In this document: positions 9,955 through 19,474 of the stretch, in pieces | Layout of the letters: each line of letters starts with the position of its first letter | Position numbering within the stretch: the stretch's first letter is position 1 | Assembly (NCBI GenBank): GCA_963702205.1 | Contig: OY969724.1 | Coordinates: forward strand, 1,952,001-2,016,000 | DNA length: 64,000 bases | Direction of reading: 5' to 3' | Origin: an uncultured candidate division Zixibacteria bacterium | Lineage (GTDB): Bacteria > Zixibacteria > MSB-5A5 > GN15 > PGXB01 | The notes under the pieces: model-generated | Databases searched by the model: none | Seen by the model: the letters and a program-made list of their open reading frames with translations, nothing else | Told to the model about the DNA's origin: nothing | Program-made: the position numbers and the translations under genes

Positions 9955-11072
9955 TGAGGAAATGCGTGCGGGCCGCCGGTTTTATCGTACTGTGTCTGCT
10001 TGTGATGCCGGGTCTGGCTGCGGCCCTTGATCTGCGGGAATTTAAAAACGACATCCAATTTTCCGCAAAAGCGCACGCCTTCGGCCTTAAGTCGGGCAAT
10101 CTGATTGTCACCGAGGGCGATTCGTTTCTGGGTTATAATAATCGTCTGAAGACCGAATTCTCGAAGACGCTAAAGGCCGGGCAGAAATTGGCCGTTTCTG
10201 ACAACGGCCTGTATTATGGAATAATTACGATACTTCAACCGGTGGATTCGACCGGGGCACCGCTGCAGCACATCGACATTTACGATAAAAATAATAAAAA
10301 TATCTGGTCATACGACGGCCTGGCTATGGGCAAATGCCACATTGCACCGTCGGGTGATTATCTGGTCTTCGCCTCCGGTACGGAAGGCGGTTTCGACTGG
10401 AGAGTTATGGTTTGCAACGCCAACCAGACCGGGGCGATGCTCGACCTGGTCGCCTGCAAAGAAATCAGATTCGCATCCGACGGCAGCCGATTTATAATAG
10501 ACGGCGGCCCCAAGGGCGTGTTTTTGTATGACAAAGCCGGGAATATGCTTAAGGCGCTCGACTATCAAAACGGTTTCGCGATATCGCCGACCGGTAAGTA
10601 CTTCGCGGTGCTTAAGAACGCGGTTTTGACGACGTACATGGATACGACCCTGTTGTCGATCGACAGCACGGTGGATAGAGAAATAGTCGCGTTTAATATA
10701 AACGAAAAACTCAAGCGGTTGTACTATGTGGCCCCGTATACGCTGGCTTCGATCAATATTGAAAGAGGGGCCAAGGTTTGGGATTATAAGATGGAGAGTG
10801 TCGAGTACAGGTTTACATCGATAGACTTGTCGAATGATGACCGATTTATCGCCTGCGGGGTGATCCTCAATCTGGGGTCGCAGGTGCCGAAAGACGAACG
10901 GCATCCAAAGGGCTATATCTATATGTTCGATATCGGTCGCAATTTCTTCCGAAAAGTGGAATTCCCCAATTCCAACTGGACCCCGGGACAGCCTGAAGTC
11001 GGCTTCTGGCCCGACGGCCGCTCGATTCTGGTGCGCACTTTTGACCGTATTCTTACTTTCGAAATGATATAA
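9954..11072 (+). CDS. Secreted hypothetical beta-propeller-like protein
   Basis: TAATG coupling to the M28 gene; signal peptide; recurring (A/I)SxDG/xG-aromatic blade motifs. Confidence 0.7.
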   Translation: MRKCVRAAGFIVLCLLVMPGLAAALDLREFKNDIQFSAKAHAFGLKSGNLIVTEGDSFLGYNNRLKTEFSKTLKAGQKLAVSDNGLYYGIITILQPVDSTGAPLQHIDIYDKNNKNIWSYDGLAMGKCHIAPSGDYLVFASGTEGGFDWRVMVCNANQTGAMLDLVACKEIRFASDGSRFIIDGGPKGVFLYDKAGNMLKALDYQNGFAISPTGKYFAVLKNAVLTTYMDTTLLSIDSTVDREIVAFNINEKLKRLYYVAPYTLASINIERGAKVWDYKMESVEYRFTSIDLSNDDRFIACGVILNLGSQVPKDERHPKGYIYMFDIGRNFFRKVEFPNSNWTPGQPEVGFWPDGRSILVRTFDRILTFEMI

Positions 11073-11234
11073 TATTTGAAATTGATTGCATATCGCAATT
11101 TGGGTTCATCGTAATATTCCGTAAAAATTGACTCTTTTCGTTCGTAACCGTAGGCTCTGTCACAAACTGGATTATTCCCGGAATTCAGGCACCGATATTG
11201 CACTTTGGCCGGGAAAGCCATTTGGGAGTATATT

Positions 11235-12038
11235 ATGGAACCGATTCTTAAAATAGTGCCTCGAACGCAAATCGTGACGATAATGGAATCTCATGCCGAC
11301 AGGACGGAATATCTAACGACCGCCTTTGCCGAAGCGGGATACATATTTAATCCGCTCCTGGTTGTTGAAGTCGTTGATGGAGTGTATCTTATGACCGATG
11401 ACGGCTCCTATCTGGAAGCGTTGGAACGCCTTAGGGTCGATTTTGTTCCGGTGCAGGTGGTGCCTGTCCCGGATCCGCCGATCATGACCGGCCATATTTT
11501 CTTAAGCCAATGGAATAACGACCAATTTAATGAATTCCAGAGAATATTCCCGCGAGACACTCATATCGCGGTCGGTGATTCTGCCAATCTCGAGAATAGA
11601 ATTTACGCACGGATTAAGTCCTGGGATGGTAATGAGTTAGGGGCAGGTATAGACTTGGGGAAATCTCACCACGCTTCTGCCATACTAACTGATTTTGTAA
11701 ATTTTCTGCGACAGAGAGCGAATATTGTCAAACCGACGGACCGAAAATCGGCCGTAACCGGAGGGAAGCCGGACTCCGGGACGGTGCAAATGGAAATAGG
11801 CAATATCGGCTTTGATGAGGTGCTCAGGTTAAGTCAAAACGGCTTTCTTCTTCCTGCCGGGTTCTATCGACCAGAATGTCTCTGCCGCGTGCTGGGCATA
11901 AATTACCCTATTAAAGTGCTTAGAGAAAACGCATCGGTTACGGATAAGCAGACTTTTTTGCACGATCTGATAGCCTTGAGAATGGAATCCGGGCGGGCTG
12001 AGTCGTTCAATGGTAGAGTTTTGCTTCTTAATTATTAA
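11235..12038 (+). CDS. ParB/Srx-fold protein resembling the SbnI/SerK serine kinase family (degenerate)
   Basis: GYIFNPLLV...YLMTDDGSYLEALERL...VPVQVV and LLPAG..R...RVLGINYP resemble SbnI-like pattern. Confidence 0.55.
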   Translation: MEPILKIVPRTQIVTIMESHADRTEYLTTAFAEAGYIFNPLLVVEVVDGVYLMTDDGSYLEALERLRVDFVPVQVVPVPDPPIMTGHIFLSQWNNDQFNEFQRIFPRDTHIAVGDSANLENRIYARIKSWDGNELGAGIDLGKSHHASAILTDFVNFLRQRANIVKPTDRKSAVTGGKPDSGTVQMEIGNIGFDEVLRLSQNGFLLPAGFYRPECLCRVLGINYPIKVLRENASVTDKQTFLHDLIALRMESGRAESFNGRVLLLNY

Positions 12039-12093
12039 GTTGCCTTAAAAAATTGTTGAACGCCGCATTAGAGGCGATTAGATTGCCGGTATT

Positions 12094-12273
12094 ATGCTGG
12101 AAATCGATGGTAACCTTTGCCTGCAGTGCGGCGGGTGCGTGACCTTGTGTCCCGAAGAGGCTCTTTTCTTGAGCTTCGAGCGGCTGCTGTGTCAGCACGA
12201 TTTATGTACCATGTGTCGCATTTGCATCCTGTTTTGCCCGGTTGAGGCATTGAGGGCAAAAGCCGTTGCATGA
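12094..12273 (+). CDS. 2x[4Fe-4S] ferredoxin (59 aa; absent from ORF track)
   Basis: Hand translation MLEIDGNLCLQCGGCVTLCPEEALFLSFERLLCQHDLCTMCRICILFCPVEALRAKAVA with two CxxCxxCxxxCP; upstream TTGAAC-17-TAGATT. Confidence 0.92.
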   Translation: MLEIDGNLCLQCGGCVTLCPEEALFLSFERLLCQHDLCTMCRICILFCPVEALRAKAVA

Positions 12274-13450
12274 GTACGACGCCGTAGTGGTGGGGGCAGG
12301 CCCGGCCGGGTCGATGGCTGCTTTCGAAATCGCCAAAGCCGGGTTTAGAACGCTTCTGCTGGAAAAACACGAAAGGCCGGGGCTTCCTCTTTGCTGTGCC
12401 GAAGGCGTCGCGGCCGGTGCGATGGAAGAACTGATTGGTGAGGTTGAACCATCCTGGGTGGCGTCGAAAATCAACCGCTTCATGATGGTTGCTCCTGACG
12501 GCAACAGCGTGACGGCTGAAAGTGAACGAAAAGGATATATCCTGGAACGCCCACGGTTTGATCTGGACCTGGCCCATCGCGCCCAAAAGGCCGGGGCGAA
12601 ACTTGTTTGCAATGCGATCGGAAAAAATCTTAAGCAGCACAAGAAACGCTTTGAAACTATCGAAATCGAATACCCGGGGGGAGAGACCGAGACAGTCAGG
12701 GCCGGAATTTTTGTCGCCGCCGATGGAATCGAGTCGCAACTGGCCCGGCAGGCCGGGGTACCAAACCGGTTGGGATTAAAAGAAACACTGGCGGCGCTGC
12801 AATATCGACTGCACGGCATAGACATCGATCCTCACCTGATTGAATTTCACTTCGGCCACGAAATAGCGCCACTGGGGTACATCTGGATCTTTCCGAAATC
12901 GGCCGCCAGCGCCAATGTCGGAATTTGTATGGGATCGAACAAACGCAAAGACAATAGCGCCGAAGCCCTGCTGGACCGGTTTATCACAGACCGATTCGGA
13001 AACCCGGAAATAGTCAGCCGTCACTGCGGACTGATTCCGACCTTTCGCGGGAGCAGGATGTTGCGCAAATACAATCTCCTGATAGTCGGCGATGCCGCCC
13101 GCGTGATTGAATCGTTGTCGGGCGCAGGAATCGCCCTTGGTATGGCCTCCGGTATATTCGCCGGGCGGGCCGTCGTCAGGTTTCTTTCCGGGGCTGTTAC
13201 CGATATGGCGGGTCTTGACAAATTGTACCCCGGTGAGTTCCTGAAAACGAAAAAAGAAGAAATGGTCCGGTATGCACGAATGCGTCGCGCCTTCGAACAT
13301 ATGTCGGATCGCGACTTTGACTGCATTATTGGGGCGTTAAGAGAGCAGGTTGATAAAAACAATAATAGCGGAATAAATGTCGGTAAATTGCTCTGGATGA
13401 TTCTCACGACTCATCCGAGGCTGATAAGGCTGGCCAGATATATGGTCTGA
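12266..13450 (+). CDS. Geranylgeranyl reductase family FAD oxidoreductase (DGGGPL reductase-like)
   Basis: GAGPAG, CCAEG, ERPRFD, AADG, PLGYIWIFP, VGDAA, GAGI; overlaps ferredoxin end. Confidence 0.88.
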   Translation: MHEYDAVVVGAGPAGSMAAFEIAKAGFRTLLLEKHERPGLPLCCAEGVAAGAMEELIGEVEPSWVASKINRFMMVAPDGNSVTAESERKGYILERPRFDLDLAHRAQKAGAKLVCNAIGKNLKQHKKRFETIEIEYPGGETETVRAGIFVAADGIESQLARQAGVPNRLGLKETLAALQYRLHGIDIDPHLIEFHFGHEIAPLGYIWIFPKSAASANVGICMGSNKRKDNSAEALLDRFITDRFGNPEIVSRHCGLIPTFRGSRMLRKYNLLIVGDAARVIESLSGAGIALGMASGIFAGRAVVRFLSGAVTDMAGLDKLYPGEFLKTKKEEMVRYARMRRAFEHMSDRDFDCIIGALREQVDKNNNSGINVGKLLWMILTTHPRLIRLARYMV

Positions 13451-13455
13451 CCGCC

Positions 13456-13719
13456 TTATTCGCTTTTGCTCAATGAATCGACAAATCCCGCCAGTCTTGA
13501 TTTTAAGCGAGCGGCTTTGTTCTTATGAATGATCTTCTTACTTGCGGCTTTGTCAATATTTCTGACCGTCGCGGTATATTTCGCGGCTGCCTCTTCGGGC
13601 TTTTGAGTGGCCTTGAGGTCCTTGATGGAACTCTTAAGAGTCGTCCGGATGGCCCGGTTTCTCAATTGCTCTTCGCCCGACGTCCGCATTCTTTTCTTGC
13701 ACGATTTATGGTGCGGCAA
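13456..13719 (-). CDS. rpsT: 30S ribosomal protein S20
   Basis: HKSCKKRMR...IDKAASKKIIHKNKAARLKSRL. Confidence 0.96.
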   Translation of the reverse strand: MPHHKSCKKRMRTSGEEQLRNRAIRTTLKSSIKDLKATQKPEEAAAKYTATVRNIDKAASKKIIHKNKAARLKSRLAGFVDSLSKSE

Positions 13720-13756
13720 GGATGGCTCCTTTCTTTCTCAAAAAAATTAGTTTCTC

Positions 13757-13784
13757 AATATACGAACAGCGCCCGGTTTGTCAA
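13757..13784 (-). promoter_or_regulatory. sigma70-type promoter of rpsT
   Basis: Minus-strand TTGACA-16nt-TATATT. Confidence 0.55.
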
Positions 13785-15361
13785 TGGATAAAAATTACAA
13801 TACCAGCATGGTATCGTCAGCCGGAAAGGTCGCTTCGGCCACCGCTTTTTCACGGGTCCTGGGGCTTATTCGGGAGCAGGTGGTGGCGGTGCTGTTCGGA
13901 GCCGGGATGCTGACCGACTGTTTTGTCGCGGCCTTTCGCATACCCAACCTGCTTCGAGACCTCTTCGCCGAGGGGGCGCTGTCGTCGGCCTTTGTGCCGG
14001 TCTTCAAGGAACAGCTGGTCAAACGGGACAAAATGGACGCATTCCGTCTGGCCAATGTCACTATCTCGGTATTACTCCTGGTGGTCGGGCTGGCGGTCTC
14101 GCTGGGTATAATTTTTTCGCCGCAGCTGGTCTATATATCCGCCAAAGGCTTTACGTCCAATCCCGAAAAATTCGATCTGACCGTTAATTTGACTCGCCTG
14201 ATGTTCGTCTACCTGCTCCTGGTTTCTGTCTCGGCGGTCTTGATGGGGATCCTCAATTCGACCGGACGATTTGGGATTCCGGCACTGTCCCCGGCCCTGT
14301 TCAACCTGGGTATGATACTGACGCCCGTTCTGCTCTATGAATATTTCAATGCGCCGATTTATACCCTGGCGCTCGGTGTAATAATCGGCGGGATGGGGCA
14401 GCTGGTGTTCCAGTTGCCGTCGATGCATCGGATCGGCTTCCGGTTTCGCCTGATATTCGATTTTTATGACGACGGTCTGAAAAGAATTATCAAGCTGATT
14501 GCACCTATGATGCTCGGCCTGTCGGCGTCGCGGATCAATATATTGATTAACACCCTGCTGGCGTCGTTTCTCATCGAAGGCTCGATCTCGTATCTTAATT
14601 TTGCATACCGGCTGATGCACTTCCCTCTGGGCGTTTTCGCCGTGGCGCTGGGGACGGTGGCCCTGCCCAGGGCTTCCGAGGACGTCGCGCGGGGAGACCA
14701 CCCGGCTCTGACCAGAACCTTTGCCGAAGCGTTCGGATTGAATATGTTTCTGGTGATTCCCTCGGCGGCCTTTCTGGCCGTTTTCGGAAAGGACGTTGTC
14801 AAATTGATTTTTCAGTATGGGGCCTTCGATGCCACCGATACGCTCAACACCGCCCGGGCCTTGTTCTATTATTCATTCGGGCTGATCGGTTTCGCCGGCG
14901 TGCGAGTGGTCGCGCCGGTTTATTATGCGCTGGGGGATTCCAAAAGACCGATGTTGTATTCGATACTGGCGGTGGCGGTTAATATCGGCCTGAATTTCGC
15001 GCTGATACCATTCTTGAATTTCGCCGGTCTGGCGGCAGCTACCGGAGCCGCCGGGCTGGCCAATATGGGGCTTCTGCTGGCGAATCTCAAAAGAAAAATT
15101 CCCGGACTGTCTTTCAAACCGGTTCTTTATCAGAGCATAAAGACGATTGCAGCCTCGGGGATTGCGGTCACAGCTACTAAAGTACTGGTGACCGTTGTCG
15201 ATTTCCGACAGGTGTTCGGATTGAAGGGTTTTCCGGGAAATTTGGCCGTGGTGTTGGTGGAAATCGCAGGATTGGCTCTGGGGTATCTTGTGTTTTCAAT
15301 TTTCTTTAAATTGGAAGAGCTGCCAAAAGTTATTTCGATATTTAGGGCTCGTGTCAAATAA
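13784..15361 (+). CDS. murJ: Lipid II flippase MurJ (MviN)
   Basis: SRVLGLIRE, AFRIPNLLRDLFAEGALSSAFVP; many TM helices; start could be 13808. Confidence 0.95.
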   Translation: MDKNYNTSMVSSAGKVASATAFSRVLGLIREQVVAVLFGAGMLTDCFVAAFRIPNLLRDLFAEGALSSAFVPVFKEQLVKRDKMDAFRLANVTISVLLLVVGLAVSLGIIFSPQLVYISAKGFTSNPEKFDLTVNLTRLMFVYLLLVSVSAVLMGILNSTGRFGIPALSPALFNLGMILTPVLLYEYFNAPIYTLALGVIIGGMGQLVFQLPSMHRIGFRFRLIFDFYDDGLKRIIKLIAPMMLGLSASRINILINTLLASFLIEGSISYLNFAYRLMHFPLGVFAVALGTVALPRASEDVARGDHPALTRTFAEAFGLNMFLVIPSAAFLAVFGKDVVKLIFQYGAFDATDTLNTARALFYYSFGLIGFAGVRVVAPVYYALGDSKRPMLYSILAVAVNIGLNFALIPFLNFAGLAAATGAAGLANMGLLLANLKRKIPGLSFKPVLYQSIKTIAASGIAVTATKVLVTVVDFRQVFGLKGFPGNLAVVLVEIAGLALGYLVFSIFFKLEELPKVISIFRARVK

Positions 15362-15375
15362 ATCGAGAAGTTCGT

Positions 15376-17661
15376 GTGATTAAAAAATATCCGGCGATTG
15401 CCGGCCTGATTCCGGTTATAGCGGCGATTGTACTGGCAGACAAAATATTTCTGTCCGCGTGGGTTTGGCTGGTTCTGGCGGTGTCGTGCATTTTCGCCGC
15501 TCTCTGGTGCTGGGCAAGGAATAAGCACCGGGCTTTGACCGGGTCCGTGCTGGCGGCGCTCCTGCTTCTGTCCGGTTTTTCGTACACGTACGCAGTCAAA
15601 ACATTCCCGCCCGGGCATATTATTCATTACGCCGACGGCAACACTCAATACACGATTTATGCCACGGTCGACGACTGGCCGACGATAAAAAACCACTACA
15701 CGGACATCTTTGCGTCGGTGGATTCTTTGGATAACGGGCAGGTTAGAACGAAAGTGATGGGACGGATTCTAATCCATGTTGGCAGCGGAGCTAATTTCGT
15801 GCAATACGGGGATCGACTGATATTAACGGGGCGCTTATATCCGTTAAAGGGTGGTCGGAATCCCAATGGTTTCGATTATCGCCGCTACCTGAATTTGAAG
15901 TCGGTGTTTGCGGTGGCGTATTTGCCGCACCAGTACAATATCAGGATCGATCCGGCCGGACGCGGAAATCCATATCACGGTATAAATTATCTGAGAAAAC
16001 AGATTCTTTCGGCGTTTTCGCATAATCTCAGCGATTCATCGGCCGCCCTTGCCTCGGGATTTCTGATAGGCGAAACTCGTGACATTGATACCGGTATTTA
16101 CGAACTATTTCGGGATACCGGCACGCTGCACCTTCTGGCCGTCTCCGGCTCCAATGTCGGGCTGGTTGTGCTGGTCTTTCTGTTTTTGCTGAGGGCATCG
16201 CCGATGAAAAGGGTGTCGCGTACGATAGCGCTGCTGGTGATCGTCGTTATCTTTTCGTTTCTGTCTTACAATCAGCCGTCGGTAGTGAGGGCGGCGGTGA
16301 TGGCGGGTTTGGTCCTTGTCGGGAGGAGTTTCCAGCGGCGCATCGATTACAATAATATAATCGCATCGGCGGCGTTGATAATTCTGCTGTTCGCACCGGT
16401 GCAGTTGTTCGACATCGGCTTTCAACTGTCCTTCGCGACCGCCTGGGGCTTGGTATTTATCATGCCGAAAGTGTCACAATTGTTTAAATCGTACCATCGA
16501 AGCCGAATCTATCGGTTTCTCGTGTTTCCTCTACTTGTCTGCATGGTGGCGCAGGTTGTATCGCTGCCGCTGTCGGCTTATTATTTTAACCGGCTGCCAG
16601 TCATTTCTTTTCTGTCCAACCTGGTGATAGTACCGCTGGTAAGCATTGCCGTCATTGGTGAAGTAGCTCTTTTATTCGCTGCGTTGGTACTTCCGATTTT
16701 GGGTGTTATGGTCGGATCGCTTTTAAATCCGCTGTTGCTGCTTATAATTAAACTATTGGAGTTTTTTAATTCCGTCAACTGGTCGATTCATCAGGGCTTT
16801 TCGCTTTCCGGCTTCTGGCTGTTGATTTATTTTGTTCTGCTTGTTATTGCCGTGATGGCTCTGGAATACCGGAGCATGCGAAGATATCTTGTCTTCGCCG
16901 CGGTGATTTCAATGATCGGACTAGTTTCATCCGGACTTTTTGTAACTCACGATCGGGAGGAAATTACGATTCTATCACTTTCATCGGGATACATCGCGAT
17001 AAGCCACCGCGCACCGGCGATGGTGATTCTGGCCGACCTGAGTCCCAAAGACTATTCTTACACCGAAAAAATCGTGCAGCCTCTCCTGGAAAATTGGGAC
17101 ATCCGCGATTTCAATGTCGTCGTAATATCCGGCAATTATCAGACTGTCAAAGAAGCTCTGTTATTGGCCCGGATTTCCGACGGCGGTCAGTTGTATATTC
17201 CGACCAAATACGCTTATCTGACTCATGACATCGCCGAGGAAATGTCGCTTACTGGGAAAACAGCCGCCGTCAAGCTACTTGAAAAAGATGGTCAAAGGGC
17301 CGTGGAAGATTCACTATACATACGACTCAGTGCCGGTATGGCGGCCATTACCACTCCAAAATCTGAAATAATTTTCGCCGCCGACGAATTCTCATTCGCG
17401 GAATATTCGAATGGCGGCAATAATTTCCCGGAAATCAGCTTTCTGGTCGTCCCTGAAATGTCAAACAGGCAATTGAAATTCCTGGAAAAGAGGACCCCAA
17501 TGGGGGGGATTAAAATTATTTCCAACCGACTGAATCCCTCGGTTCGGTCTTATTTGGCCGAAAGCGAAAAAAATGCCGAGATTTCGCAAAATATCATTAT
17601 GCCGTCGCAAGTCGGTGCTATTACTTTAGTTATGCGAAACGGAACACTTGTTCGGAAATGA
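15376..17661 (+). CDS. comEC: DNA internalization competence protein ComEC/Rec2
   Basis: NPNGFDYRRYL, GTLHLLAVSGSNV, PSVVRAAVM, GFQLSF. Confidence 0.9.
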   Translation: MIKKYPAIAGLIPVIAAIVLADKIFLSAWVWLVLAVSCIFAALWCWARNKHRALTGSVLAALLLLSGFSYTYAVKTFPPGHIIHYADGNTQYTIYATVDDWPTIKNHYTDIFASVDSLDNGQVRTKVMGRILIHVGSGANFVQYGDRLILTGRLYPLKGGRNPNGFDYRRYLNLKSVFAVAYLPHQYNIRIDPAGRGNPYHGINYLRKQILSAFSHNLSDSSAALASGFLIGETRDIDTGIYELFRDTGTLHLLAVSGSNVGLVVLVFLFLLRASPMKRVSRTIALLVIVVIFSFLSYNQPSVVRAAVMAGLVLVGRSFQRRIDYNNIIASAALIILLFAPVQLFDIGFQLSFATAWGLVFIMPKVSQLFKSYHRSRIYRFLVFPLLVCMVAQVVSLPLSAYYFNRLPVISFLSNLVIVPLVSIAVIGEVALLFAALVLPILGVMVGSLLNPLLLLIIKLLEFFNSVNWSIHQGFSLSGFWLLIYFVLLVIAVMALEYRSMRRYLVFAAVISMIGLVSSGLFVTHDREEITILSLSSGYIAISHRAPAMVILADLSPKDYSYTEKIVQPLLENWDIRDFNVVVISGNYQTVKEALLLARISDGGQLYIPTKYAYLTHDIAEEMSLTGKTAAVKLLEKDGQRAVEDSLYIRLSAGMAAITTPKSEIIFAADEFSFAEYSNGGNNFPEISFLVVPEMSNRQLKFLEKRTPMGGIKIISNRLNPSVRSYLAESEKNAEISQNIIMPSQVGAITLVMRNGTLVRK

Positions 17662-17685
17662 TTGATTTCTCCGGCTTTTCATCGG

Positions 17686-17713
17686 TTAAGATTACCCTAT
17701 AATATCCCGATAA
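17686..17713 (+). promoter_or_regulatory. sigma28 (FliA)-like promoter
   Basis: TTAAGATT-N12-CCCGATAA. Confidence 0.55.
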
Positions 17714-17780
17714 GATAAAAGAAACAATGTAATTACGGCGGTTTGCCGAAATCCTAACCGTTTAGAATGGTTATTGTCGT

Positions 17781-18989
17781 ATGAGCCTTACGGGAAACCT
17801 TAAAACAGTATCGTTTCCGGATATATTGCAGTTGCTGTCGACGGGAAAAAAGACGGGAATACTCTATGTTTCGACTTCCACCCGGCAAAAGGAAATTGCC
17901 TTTCGGAACGGAAATATAATTTACGCTTCTTCCATAAACTCGTCCGAAGACCTTCTGGGTAACCTGCTTCTGAAGCTGGGGAAGATATCCAAGGCCGATC
18001 TGGATCGGGCCATTGTCATGCACAAGCAGACCGGACGACAGCTGGGGACGACCCTGGTCGACATGAATTTGTTCGAAAAAGAAGAAGTGATGGAATGCCT
18101 TAAAATCCAGATAGAGGAAATCGTCTATAACCTGTTTTCGTGGGAAGAGGGTGAATTCAAATTCGTCGAAGGCGCCGAACCGAAGAGAATGCAGTTCCCT
18201 CTGGAACTGAGTACCATGAACGTCATCATGGAAGGTACGAGACGTATCGATGAATGGCTGGAAATCCAGAAAGTACTGCCGCCCGATAATATTCTCCTGC
18301 GGGTAACACCGGTAAATAAAGGTCGCCGCGACGAAGTCACTCTCTCCATGGACGAGTTCAGGATTTTACCGTTGATTAATGGTCAAAGAACGCTTCCCGA
18401 TTTGATCGAGGTTTCTCCGATCGGTGAATTCGTGTCGTATCGTGCAATTTATAAACTTATCGTAACCGGCCTGGTCGAATCGGCCGGTCGGGCCACGCCC
18501 AATGATATTACCGTTGAAAACGAGGAAGAAGTAATTCTGTCGGTCCTGTTTACGCTGTACAATAACTGCGTGTATCGCATTCGGAGAATCGTCGCGGAAA
18601 TAGTCGGCGATTCCAACCCGATGTTCAACGAGTACATGTCCAGCTTCCGCAACGGTATCATGCTGTTTTTCCCGGGCTTTGACCCGTCCAGCGACACCGG
18701 CCCCACGTTTGATAAATTCTATACTGAAATTATCAAAATTCCGACGCCGGTCAGGATGCATACGGTCATGAATGCGCTGGAAAATATGCTGACCAATCAA
18801 CTGGAATACGTCTTTTATTTTCTCGGCGAGGGGATCTATCGCCAGACGGTCGGGAAAATCCGGAAGGAAATCTCGGAACCGCTGGCCCTCAGGCGTGAAC
18901 TGGTAAAAAGATATCACATCGATGATAACCTGATGAGTTCGGTCAAAAAGGCCGACCGGGTTATAAAATTGGTGAAAGGTGCTTCGTGA
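17781..18989 (+). CDS. DUF4388 (PATAN-like) domain protein with degenerate MshEN-like segment
   Basis: LTGNLKTVSFPDILQLL...KTGIL...FRNGNIIYA; LGNLLLKLGKI...LGTTLV; LFSWEEGEFKF; MEGTRRIDEW. Confidence 0.85.
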   Translation: MSLTGNLKTVSFPDILQLLSTGKKTGILYVSTSTRQKEIAFRNGNIIYASSINSSEDLLGNLLLKLGKISKADLDRAIVMHKQTGRQLGTTLVDMNLFEKEEVMECLKIQIEEIVYNLFSWEEGEFKFVEGAEPKRMQFPLELSTMNVIMEGTRRIDEWLEIQKVLPPDNILLRVTPVNKGRRDEVTLSMDEFRILPLINGQRTLPDLIEVSPIGEFVSYRAIYKLIVTGLVESAGRATPNDITVENEEEVILSVLFTLYNNCVYRIRRIVAEIVGDSNPMFNEYMSSFRNGIMLFFPGFDPSSDTGPTFDKFYTEIIKIPTPVRMHTVMNALENMLTNQLEYVFYFLGEGIYRQTVGKIRKEISEPLALRRELVKRYHIDDNLMSSVKKADRVIKLVKGAS

Positions 18990-19363
18990 TGAAAAAGACA
19001 TTAAGCATAATTTCGGCAAGTCTGGGCGGTGTTCTGGCTGCGACCGTTCCGGCCCGGGCCTCATTTCAGACTGAAAATATGTATGAGCCGATATCCATCG
19101 TGACTTTGATCGTCCTGCTTTGTTCCGTACTGTGTTTGATTTGGGCTTTTAAAGTCCTGTCGCTCGTACGGGGCGGACTGCTTTCCAGGAGCTGGCAGAT
19201 GTTCGTGCTGGGGTTCGGGTTTCTGCTTCTGGCGCAAGTCGTCACACTCGGTCAGCAAATGGCCATTTTTAGTTTGCCGGGTTTCGTGGCGACTGCGTTT
19301 TATTTATTGATGTCCGTGACGTGGCTGCTTGGACTTTACCAGACGCGCCGGATATTGGGTTGA
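18986..19363 (+). CDS. Small hypothetical membrane protein
   Basis: Signal-like N-terminus and three hydrophobic helices; overlaps upstream stop. Confidence 0.7.
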   Translation: MMKKTLSIISASLGGVLAATVPARASFQTENMYEPISIVTLIVLLCSVLCLIWAFKVLSLVRGGLLSRSWQMFVLGFGFLLLAQVVTLGQQMAIFSLPGFVATAFYLLMSVTWLLGLYQTRRILG

Positions 19364-19370
19364 TAATTAA

Positions 19371-19399
19371 TTGACATAAGTTTTAGTGGTAATTATAAT
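19371..19399 (+). promoter_or_regulatory. Perfect-consensus sigma70 promoter
   Basis: TTGACA-17nt-TATAAT. Confidence 0.8.
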
Positions 19400-19426
19400 T
19401 ACAGATTATTAAATTATAGCCGATAG
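19400..19426 (+). promoter_or_regulatory. sigma28-like promoter in tandem with the sigma70 promoter
   Basis: TACAGATT-N11-GCCGATAG. Confidence 0.5.
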
Positions 19427-19474
19427 TAAGTTGCCTATATTATATGACTTGGCTGATACATTAAGGAAGGGATA

